Shown here in pieces: positions 57,377 to 64,000 of a DNA stretch of 64,000 bases (position 1 is its first letter; each line of letters starts with the position of its first letter). The stretch is taken from NCBI GenBank assembly GCA_021791545.1, contig JAJYWL010000001.1, positions 5,856-69,855 on the forward strand, written 5' to 3'. This DNA is from a bacterium (GTDB lineage Bacteria > Patescibacteriota > Microgenomatia > Levybacterales > UBA12049). Position numbers and translations under genes: made by a program. The notes under the pieces were generated by a model that worked only from the letters and a program-made list of their open reading frames with translations, had not been told where the DNA came from and made no database searches.

Positions 57377-57715
57377 TTAGTGTCCTGATCCAAAAGCTGT
57401 TGTTGCCAACTGCGTTACTACATTAGTTAAGACAAATGCTCCTAAAACTATTGTAAGTCCAAGCGCTGAATATAGAATAGTTTTTTTAGATCTATCTAAG
57501 CTTTCTGGGTTTCCTGAACTGGTTATATATCCAAACCCTCCGTAAACGAAAAATCCTACGGCAACAAGTCCGGCCAAGGTTATCATTACCTGAATGATAC
57601 TTTCGATAAAGACTTGTATTTGGGAAACTCCGCCTGTTGTTGTTTGGGCAAAAACAGGAGAAGCGCTTAGAAGCGAGGTCATTAGAACTGCTGACAACGT
57701 TATTGCTTTTTTCAT
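57377..57715 (-). CDS. VirB2/TrbC-like T4SS pilin (signal peptide + two-TM hairpin)
   Basis: MKKAITLSAVLMTSLLSASPVFAQT...; hydrophobic hairpin; strong SD AAAGGAGGTG 7 nt upstream; start at internal Met (track ORF begins at 57775). Confidence 0.55.
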   Translation of the reverse strand: MKKAITLSAVLMTSLLSASPVFAQTTTGGVSQIQVFIESIIQVMITLAGLVAVGFFVYGGFGYITSSGNPESLDRSKKTILYSALGLTIVLGAFVLTNVVTQLATTAFGSGH

Positions 57716-57737
57716 ACTCTTACACCTCCTTTCGTAC

Positions 57738-57758
57738 AAAAAAACTGCCCGAAGGCAG
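57738..57758 (-). promoter_or_regulatory. terminator-like hairpin (CTGCC-ttcg-GGCAG + U7) inside the 5' leader of the T4SS-like operon
   Basis: Seen on the minus strand between the predicted promoter (57788-57816) and the SD/start at 57715. Confidence 0.4.
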
Positions 57759-57787
57759 TTGTCTACAATTACCAATTAATTAAGAAC

Positions 57788-57816
57788 AATATACGAAAAT
57801 AACTCGAATATGTCAA
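57788..57816 (-). promoter_or_regulatory. sigma70-like promoter (TTGACA-17-TATATT) for the T4SS-like operon
   Basis: Reverse complement of tgtcaa (57811-57816) and aatata (57788-57793) with a 17-nt spacer. Confidence 0.45.
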
Positions 57817-57976
57817 GTGGAGAAATTATAGGATTTATGCATTAAATCATTTGACATATGAGAGAATAATGTTTTAGTAAATTTACTTTTAGTTATTATG
57901 TATGTATTTTTCATATATAACAAAATTATTGCAAAGATTTTTATTAATTTAGATTTAATTTTACCCCTTGACAATC

Positions 57977-57993
57977 TACTACATATTGTAGTA
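57977..57993 (+). promoter_or_regulatory. palindromic operator TACTACA-tat-TGTAGTA upstream of csoR
   Basis: Perfect 7-bp inverted repeat with a 3-nt spacer, 3 nt downstream of a TTGACA (57968-57973) and upstream of the SD AAGGGGGA. Confidence 0.5.
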
Positions 57994-58016
57994 CCTTATC
58001 CCTATAAGGGGGATAT

Positions 58017-58289
58017 ATGGCATATAGACCAAAAGATACACAGGAAAGAATAGTTCATAGACTGAAAATCACAAAAGGACATTTGGAAAAAGTAATAAAA
58101 ATGATTGAAGAAGATGCTTATTGCATTGACGTATTACATCAAATGCAAGCTGCTGAAGCTGCTCTTGAAAAAACAGAAGGAGTTATTCTAGAAAATCATT
58201 TAAAAACTTGTACAGCAGATGCAATAAAAGAAGGAAAAACTGATGAAGCAATTTCTGAAATAATGAACGTTTTTAAAAAAAATATATAA
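58017..58289 (+). CDS. csoR: CsoR/RcnR-family metal-sensing transcriptional repressor
   Basis: 90 aa; ligand-binding C...H...C pattern (YCIDVLHQ...KTC) typical of the DUF156 CsoR family. Confidence 0.75.
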   Translation: MAYRPKDTQERIVHRLKITKGHLEKVIKMIEEDAYCIDVLHQMQAAEAALEKTEGVILENHLKTCTADAIKEGKTDEAISEIMNVFKKNI

Positions 58290-58291
58290 TT

Positions 58292-58789
58292 ATGGAAAAA
58301 AAAGTAATTATTATTGGTACTATTGTTACGGTTCTTATTCTGGTAGCTAGTATCGTTTGGATGAGCTCTACGAATGTTGATGCGCCTCAAGTTCCCACTT
58401 CGCAAAACGCAAAAGCGTATACAGTTAGCGCTACAAGCGCCGACTGGGGTCAAATTCCAATGTATAAAGGTGACGTAACGAAAGTTTTCGTTATAAAGAA
58501 TGCCGGAACTGATACTTTAAAGCTTTTTAATATAAAAACATCATGTCATTGTACAAAGGCTTTTATCACTATTAATGGAACAGATAGTCCGAGTTTCGGG
58601 ATGGATGGTATTTCTTCATGGGTTGGAGAAGTTGCTCCCGGAAAAGAAGTAAAGCTTACGGTAGATTTTGATCCGGCATATCATGGACCAACAGGAACAG
58701 GACCAATAACCAGATTTATTTCAGTAGAAACAAATGACAAAGCAAATTCGAAATTGACATTTACAGTTACGGGGAATGTGTACAAGTAA
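58292..58789 (+). CDS. DUF1573-like secreted/membrane-anchored protein
   Basis: N-terminal TM, then a beta-sandwich-like domain with GQIPMYKGDVTKVFVIKNAGTDTLKLFNIKTSCHCT (DUF1573 pattern). Confidence 0.5.
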   Translation: MEKKVIIIGTIVTVLILVASIVWMSSTNVDAPQVPTSQNAKAYTVSATSADWGQIPMYKGDVTKVFVIKNAGTDTLKLFNIKTSCHCTKAFITINGTDSPSFGMDGISSWVGEVAPGKEVKLTVDFDPAYHGPTGTGPITRFISVETNDKANSKLTFTVTGNVYK

Positions 58790-58790
58790 A

Positions 58791-59741
58791 ATGAAAAAGA
58801 AACAACTCATAAAATTTAATAACCTCAAAATAAATTTAAATAAAGTCCTTATAGGATTATTGATAATTGCAGTATTTTTAATTGGAATTCTGGTAAATAA
58901 AATTATTCTTCTTTCTCAAAACTCAAAACAAGCTCAAACAGTAACCCAAGCTCAGGAAAAAACAAAAATAGAAGCACAAAATTTAGTTAGAATAGAGAAT
59001 AAAGTCATAAATAAAAATGGTAATAATCTCAAAATTTCCTGGAACAGTTTAGGAAAACAACTGATTACAGATGGAGTAATTGACGAGAAAAAACTAGCCC
59101 AGTCAATTCTTGGAAAAGATGATCTGACAAAAGATTACGCGAAGTATCTAGACGGTAGTAATCAAACACTAACTCTAAATAGTCAAAATTCCCATTTCTG
59201 GCTTAATGTTTTATGGGGATTAGGTTTGGCAAATAAGAATAAGTTATTAGATTCCGGAGATATGCAAACAAGCGGTAATCCTGCGGATTTTGCCTCTACA
59301 GGTGGATATACCTTAGGGCAAGGTGATCCAATGAGTTATTACAGTAAATATTCATATATTAATTTATCTCCATCACAACAACTTTTGGTTGAAGAAATAG
59401 CAAAAAATATCTATAGACCCTGCTGCGGTAATTCAGCAGCTTTTCCGGATTGCAATCATGGAATGGCAATGCTTGGTTTAATTGAGCTTATGGTTTCTCA
59501 GAATTTCTCCAAAGGGGACATTTATAAAGCAGCTCTTGCTGTTAATAGCTATTGGTTTCCCCAAACTTATTTAAGTATTGCTTATCATTTTGAGAAACTT
59601 GGTAAAGATTATTCTAAAATTCCTGCCCAAGAAATCCTATCTAGTGTTTATTCAAGCTCGCAAGGCAATGCAAAAGTTCAGCAGGAGACTTTAGGGATCA
59701 CCTGGCCTAATCAAGGCTCTGGAGGGAGTTGCGGAACTTAG
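58791..59741 (+). CDS. membrane-anchored extracytoplasmic hypothetical protein with Cys motifs (CCGNSAAFPDCNHG; GGSCGT)
   Basis: TM VLIGLLIIAVFLIGILV; Cys/His cluster suggests metal or redox function; start chosen at MKKKQLIKF. Confidence 0.4.
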   Translation: MKKKQLIKFNNLKINLNKVLIGLLIIAVFLIGILVNKIILLSQNSKQAQTVTQAQEKTKIEAQNLVRIENKVINKNGNNLKISWNSLGKQLITDGVIDEKKLAQSILGKDDLTKDYAKYLDGSNQTLTLNSQNSHFWLNVLWGLGLANKNKLLDSGDMQTSGNPADFASTGGYTLGQGDPMSYYSKYSYINLSPSQQLLVEEIAKNIYRPCCGNSAAFPDCNHGMAMLGLIELMVSQNFSKGDIYKAALAVNSYWFPQTYLSIAYHFEKLGKDYSKIPAQEILSSVYSSSQGNAKVQQETLGITWPNQGSGGSCGT

Positions 59742-60572
59742 ATGGAAAGCATTTTTCAAATATCATTAATCGCTGCTTTTATTGCTGGGATGGTTGCTCT
59801 TTTTGCTCCATGCTGTATTTCTTTCCTACTCCCCGCATATTTAGGTAGCGTTTTTAAGGAAAAAGAGAAAGTTCTTTTAATGACTCTTATTTTTGGTTTG
59901 GGAATTTTTGTGGTAATGATGCCTGCGGTTTTAGGAGTTGCTGCGCTCTCCAAGGTTTTATTTATATATCATGACGAAATTTATGTAGTTGGTGGATTTG
60001 TTATGCTAATCGCAGCGGCAATAACCTTTCTTGGAATAAAATTGCCAATGCCAAATTTACCGGGCAGAGAGCCGGGGAAACACGATCCTCTTTCCATATT
60101 TATCTTAGGTATTTTTTCCGGAATTACAAGCGCTTGCTGCGCGCCTGTTCTAATAGGAGTTTTAACGCTTACTTTTCTTTCTCCGAATTTTTTTGGAGCT
60201 TTAGGAATAGGTGCTACTTATGTATTTGGAATGGTTTTCCCTCTTCTTATTATTTCCCTGTTTCTTTCAGGAAAAGTAGATAAGTTTATGTTTCTTCGAA
60301 AACCAATAACAGAATTTAAGTTCTTGGGCAAAAACAGAATAATTTTAGTCAGTAACTTTCTTGCAGGTGCAATATTTTTCTTTACGGGTGTTCTAATACT
60401 CTCCTTAAACGCTACAGGAAAACTTTCTATGGCAAAAAACGACTCATTTGCAAAAATGATCCAAAACGCAGCAGGAACAGTTAACCAATTTGTTGGAAAC
60501 AACTTGTTACTAAATGTATCATTTTTACTTATCGTTATATTTGTAATTTATAAAATCTCAAAAAAAGTATAA
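59742..60572 (+). CDS. DsbD/CcdA-family transmembrane thiol-disulfide (or metal) transfer protein
   Basis: Six or more TM helices; paired cysteines in TM1 (FAPCCISFLLP) and TM4 (SACCAPVLIGV), as in the DsbD_2/CcdA family. Confidence 0.5.
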   Translation: MESIFQISLIAAFIAGMVALFAPCCISFLLPAYLGSVFKEKEKVLLMTLIFGLGIFVVMMPAVLGVAALSKVLFIYHDEIYVVGGFVMLIAAAITFLGIKLPMPNLPGREPGKHDPLSIFILGIFSGITSACCAPVLIGVLTLTFLSPNFFGALGIGATYVFGMVFPLLIISLFLSGKVDKFMFLRKPITEFKFLGKNRIILVSNFLAGAIFFFTGVLILSLNATGKLSMAKNDSFAKMIQNAAGTVNQFVGNNLLLNVSFLLIVIFVIYKISKKV

Positions 60573-60594
60573 AGTAAAATAAGATATAAATATT

Positions 60595-61128
60595 ATGCAG
60601 ATTATTAAACAAATAAATAAAAGGTTTTTGTACATTACAGTTCCGTTAATAATTTTACTTATAATAATTTCGATATTTTTTATCTTTAAAAACCAATTGA
60701 CTTCCGCAAAAGCTCATTATCATGCAGGGTTTATTGTTTTTCAAAATAACAAAAAGCTGAGCTTTTCAGACAGTAAATACATGTTTATTGAGCCATGTGC
60801 CTTAAACCAAAAAAGTTCCGATTCCACTGCCGTTGTACAAATTAAAAAGGCCCATTTACATGATAATGTCGGTGATTTAGTGCATATTGAAAGAACGGGA
60901 GCAATATGGCAGGATTTATTCACAAACATTAATTTTCCGATTGATTATTCAAACGCTATTGGTTATATCAACGGCAAAAAAATATTTAATTTTCAAACGC
61001 AGTCAATTCATCCCTACGACAGTCTAGTTGTTCTTATTGGCAGAAATGATTCTAAATTCCTTAAGCAGGCTGTTACAAAAGATTATATGATAAAAATGGC
61101 AAAAAAAAGTACAACATGCGGAGATTGA
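60595..61128 (+). CDS. membrane-anchored hypothetical protein, His-rich (HYH, HLHD, H..H)
   Basis: N-terminal TM; possible metal-binding residues. Confidence 0.4.
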   Translation: MQIIKQINKRFLYITVPLIILLIIISIFFIFKNQLTSAKAHYHAGFIVFQNNKKLSFSDSKYMFIEPCALNQKSSDSTAVVQIKKAHLHDNVGDLVHIERTGAIWQDLFTNINFPIDYSNAIGYINGKKIFNFQTQSIHPYDSLVVLIGRNDSKFLKQAVTKDYMIKMAKKSTTCGD

Positions 61129-61129
61129 T

Positions 61130-61489
61130 ATGACACCGGATAAAATTATTGTAATATTTTTGGGATTTGTTGGAATAGGATTTACATACTGGTATTTTCT
61201 TATGAAAAAAGATAATGCGGTCGAAGTTGAAAGCTCTGTGGATATTGCAGTTGACGGTGGATATTCTCCAAACACAATCTCTATTCCTAAAGGGAAAACA
61301 ACTACCCTTATTTTTTTGCGTTCTGATCCAAGCAGTTGTCTTGAAGAAGTAGTTCTTCCTGATTTTAAAATCCGCAAGTTCCTACCATTAAATAAAAAAG
61401 TAAATATAGAAATTACTCCAAAGGAGTCAGGGACATACGAAATTGTTTGTGGAATGAATATGTTTCATGGAAAGATTATCGTAAATTGA
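61130..61489 (+). CDS. membrane-anchored cupredoxin-like copper-binding protein
   Basis: N-terminal TM; C-terminal type-1 copper-like ligand set GTYEIVCGMNMFHGKI (Cys-x2-Met..His-like) and an upstream His. Confidence 0.6.
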   Translation: MTPDKIIVIFLGFVGIGFTYWYFLMKKDNAVEVESSVDIAVDGGYSPNTISIPKGKTTTLIFLRSDPSSCLEEVVLPDFKIRKFLPLNKKVNIEITPKESGTYEIVCGMNMFHGKIIVN

Positions 61490-61638
61490 TGAATAAACTT
61501 AAGCTCTATGCTTGTCCTGAATGTGGGCTTTATTATAAAGAAAAAGAGCTTGCGAAAAAATGCGAAGCTTGGTGTAAGGAGCATAATAGTTGTAATTTAG
61601 AAATTACTAAATATTCGATAAATAAAAAAGCATTATAA
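61489..61638 (+). CDS. small zinc-ribbon protein (49 aa)
   Basis: CPECG...CEAWC double-CxxC motif; TGATG overlap with the cupredoxin stop. Confidence 0.4.
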   Translation: MNKLKLYACPECGLYYKEKELAKKCEAWCKEHNSCNLEITKYSINKKAL

Positions 61639-61644
61639 AAACTT

Positions 61645-63861
61645 ATGACTGAAGTAAAAAAATCATTTCCCATTAAAGGTATGCATTGCGCCTCATGTGT
61701 AAGGGTGACGGAACGTGCTTTGAAAAAGACACTTGGAGTAAAAGATGCTGTCGTAAATCTTGCAAGCGAAAAAGCGACTGTTACGTATGATGCGGATAAT
61801 TGCACGCCGCAGCAGTTGGCAGAGTCTATTGCAAAGACTGGTTATACTCTTGAGCTTGAAGAGAAAACTGATACAGCGATTAAAGAAGAAAAAAGAAAGG
61901 AACTGCGAAATTTACGAAATAAAGTTATTGTAAGCCTTGGGCTTGGGTGTCTGATTCTCTGGGGTAGTTTTCCGGGACTTATACAAACCTCTCCTGCATT
62001 TCTTCAAAATTTCTTTGTACAATTTATCCTTGCAATTCCCGTTCAGTTTTGGGCAGGATTTGCATTTTACAGAGCGACCATTCCAGCTTTAAAACACAGA
62101 ACGGCAAATATGGATACGCTTGTGGCATTAGGGACAACTGTTGCATTCGGATATTCTGCAATAGTAACTCTTTTTCCTCAATTCGTAAAACAGGCAGGTA
62201 TTGAACCAATGCCATATTTTGATGTTGCAACGATTGTTATCGGCCTTATTTTATTAGGTCGTTATTTTGAGGCAAAGGCAAAGGGACAAACCAGCGAGGC
62301 GATTAAAAAACTTATTGGACTTCAGGCAAAAACCGCACGGATAGTTAGGGACGGAAAAGAAATAGACGTTCCATTAGATCAAGTATTAGTTGGAGATACG
62401 GTACGGGTCAGACCTGGAGAAAAAATTCCGGTTGACGGGGTTATTCTTGAAGGAGAATCTTCAGTTGACGAGTCAATGATTACGGGAGAAAGTATCCCCA
62501 GCGATAAAACTAAAGGAGATACAGTTGTTGGGGCAACAATGAATAAAACTGGAACATTTACATATAAAGCCACAAAAGTTGGAGGAGATTCGATGCTTGC
62601 TCAAATCGTAAAATTGGTTCAGGAAGCACAGGGCAGTAAAGCACCGATTCAACGGCTTGCTGACATTATTTCCTCTTACTTTGTGCCGATTGTTATCATG
62701 CTTGCATTTGTTACGTTTGTTATCTGGTATGTTTTTGTCGGCTCACTATTATTAGCGCTTCTTAGTACTGTTGCGGTTCTTATTATTGCTTGTCCTTGTG
62801 CAATGGGTTTGGCAACTCCTACTGCAATAATGGTTGGCACAGGAAAAGGAGCAACCAATGGCATTTTGATTAAAGATGCAGCGAGTTTAGAGACAGCACA
62901 TAAAATAAATACAATTATTTTTGATAAAACAGGAACATTAACTAACGGAAAACCCGAAGTAACAGATGTAATTTCAGTCAATAAATTAAAGGAAGACGAA
63001 ATGCTAAGGCTTTCTGCATCAATTGAGAAAGGATCAGAGCATTCATTAGCAGAAGCAATTGTTAAGGAAGCGGAAAAACGGAAAATGAATATAGAGTCTG
63101 TTACAAAATTTAAAGCGATTGCAGGACACGGTGTTGAAGGGTTAGTTGGGAAATATCAAATATTTTTAGGTAATAGAAAATTAATGGAAAGAGAAAAAAT
63201 TTCCCTGCTGTCAGTAAATACCGAAATTACCAGACTCGAGAACGGAGGAAAAACAGTAATGATGCTTGCAGTTGACGGAAAGCTAACGGGACTTATTGCT
63301 GTTGCCGATACGGTAAAAGAATCCGCAAAAGAAGGAATAAAAGCACTGCAAAGAATGGGTATAGAAACAGTTATGATTACCGGTGACAATCAAAGAACTG
63401 CAAATGCTATTGCACAAAAAGTCGGTATTACTAGAATCCTATCGGAAGTATTACCTGATCAAAAAGAAGCCGAAGTAAGAAAAATTCAGGCAGAAGGAAA
63501 AAAAGTGGCGATGGTGGGAGACGGGATTAATGACGCACCAGCCTTGGCAGCGGCAGATGTGGGCATTGCAATGGGTACCGGAACCGATGTAGCGATTGAA
63601 GCGGCAGATATTACTCTTATTAATAAAGATTTACAGTCTGTTGCACAGGCAATCAATCTTTCCAAGAAAACAATGCGGACAATTAAGATGAATCTTTTTT
63701 GGGCATTTGGTTACAACATTATCCTGATCCCCGTTGCTATGGGTATATTGTATCCGTTCTTTCATATTCTTTTAAGCCCAATTTTTGCTTCTGTTGCTAT
63801 GGCAAGTAGTTCTGTTTCAGTAGTCTCCAATTCCCTACTTCTAAAAAGAGTGAAAATTTAA
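61645..63861 (+). CDS. copA: copper-translocating P1B-type ATPase
   Basis: N-terminal HMA domain [13 protein letters not shown] motif ([12 protein letters not shown]), DKTGTLT phosphorylation site, GDGINDAP hinge and SEHSLAEAI. Confidence 0.9.
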   Translation: MTEVKKSFPIKGMHCASCVRVTERALKKTLGVKDAVVNLASEKATVTYDADNCTPQQLAESIAKTGYTLELEEKTDTAIKEEKRKELRNLRNKVIVSLGLGCLILWGSFPGLIQTSPAFLQNFFVQFILAIPVQFWAGFAFYRATIPALKHRTANMDTLVALGTTVAFGYSAIVTLFPQFVKQAGIEPMPYFDVATIVIGLILLGRYFEAKAKGQTSEAIKKLIGLQAKTARIVRDGKEIDVPLDQVLVGDTVRVRPGEKIPVDGVILEGESSVDESMITGESIPSDKTKGDTVVGATMNKTGTFTYKATKVGGDSMLAQIVKLVQEAQGSKAPIQRLADIISSYFVPIVIMLAFVTFVIWYVFVGSLLLALLSTVAVLIIACPCAMGLATPTAIMVGTGKGATNGILIKDAASLETAHKINTIIFDKTGTLTNGKPEVTDVISVNKLKEDEMLRLSASIEKGSEHSLAEAIVKEAEKRKMNIESVTKFKAIAGHGVEGLVGKYQIFLGNRKLMEREKISLLSVNTEITRLENGGKTVMMLAVDGKLTGLIAVADTVKESAKEGIKALQRMGIETVMITGDNQRTANAIAQKVGITRILSEVLPDQKEAEVRKIQAEGKKVAMVGDGINDAPALAAADVGIAMGTGTDVAIEAADITLINKDLQSVAQAINLSKKTMRTIKMNLFWAFGYNIILIPVAMGILYPFFHILLSPIFASVAMASSSVSVVSNSLLLKRVKI

Positions 63862-63900
63862 TTAAATAAGCTAATTTCACCAAATTTCAATTACAAAGAA

Positions 63901-63937
63901 TTGACATTCACAAAAACGAATACTACAATCTGTAGTG
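63901..63937 (+). promoter_or_regulatory. sigma70 promoter TTGACA-17-TACAAT with overlapping palindromic operator TACTACA-atc-TGTAGTG
   Basis: Near-consensus -35/-10; the operator half-sites match those at 57977-57993 (shared core TACTACAnnnTGTAGT). Confidence 0.55.
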
Positions 63938-63978
63938 TATGCAGATAAAATCGATTAGTGAATTAGAGCAGGTAGTAA

Positions 63979-64000
63979 TGGATATTGTTTGGGAATTGAA
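63979..64000 (+). CDS. 5' end of a CDS running off the window (MDIVWEL...)
   Basis: ATG at 63979 downstream of the regulated promoter; only 7 codons visible. Confidence 0.3.

Noticed and set aside
1-64000. CRISPR arrays, rRNA genes, transposases/integrases, inteins
   Set aside because: No regularly spaced direct repeats, no rRNA-like conserved stretches, and no DDE/tyrosine-recombinase-like ORFs were seen on either strand.

Overview
The window looks like a low-GC (about 38-40% by eye) Candidate Phyla Radiation / Patescibacteria-type chromosome segment. Genes are compact, often overlapping (ATGA / ATGTTTAA junctions), and several essential proteins are domain-reduced: PheT without the N-terminal tRNA-binding domain, ThrRS without TGS, a short trigger factor and a short HolB. 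UGA is used as a stop codon, so the standard bacterial code applies.

Main content:
- A complete type IV pilus locus at 4.9-17 kb: pilB-pilT-pilC, a major pilin, pilD, seven further tandem pilin/pseudopilin genes, and pilM-pilN-pilO.
- A ribosomal/RNA-processing operon (nusB-rnc-rpsP-KH-trmD), rpmF, recG, tyrS, PBP1A, pheST and thrS-infC-rpmI-rplT.
- Five tRNAs: Val-GAC, Leu-TAG, Gly-GCC, Phe-GAA and Val-TAC.
- A seven-gene minus-strand operon: two-component system, MacAB-like ABC efflux pump, secreted S9 hydrolase and a small secreted protein.
- msrAB and an MFS transporter.
- A tRNA-dense stretch (45.8-52.6 kb) carrying orphan genes and a single-HKD phospholipase-D-family nuclease cassette.
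- A Gram-positive/CPR-style type IV secretion-like cluster: VirB2-like pilin, a VirB2::VirB6 fusion, a VirB3-like protein, a split VirB4 and an M23 peptidase. A sigma70 promoter is followed by a terminator-like hairpin in its leader.
- A copper-homeostasis island: csoR, four uncharacterised extracytoplasmic proteins, a DsbD/CcdA-like membrane protein, a cupredoxin, a zinc ribbon and copA. Two promoters carry the same TACTACA-N3-TGTAGT palindromic operator.

No rRNA genes, CRISPR arrays, transposases or integrases were recognised. Several blocks of uncharacterised genes (0.3-4.2 kb, 33.0-35.6 kb, 44.7-45.7 kb, 48.3-51.0 kb) could not be assigned and are flagged as hypothesis-level.
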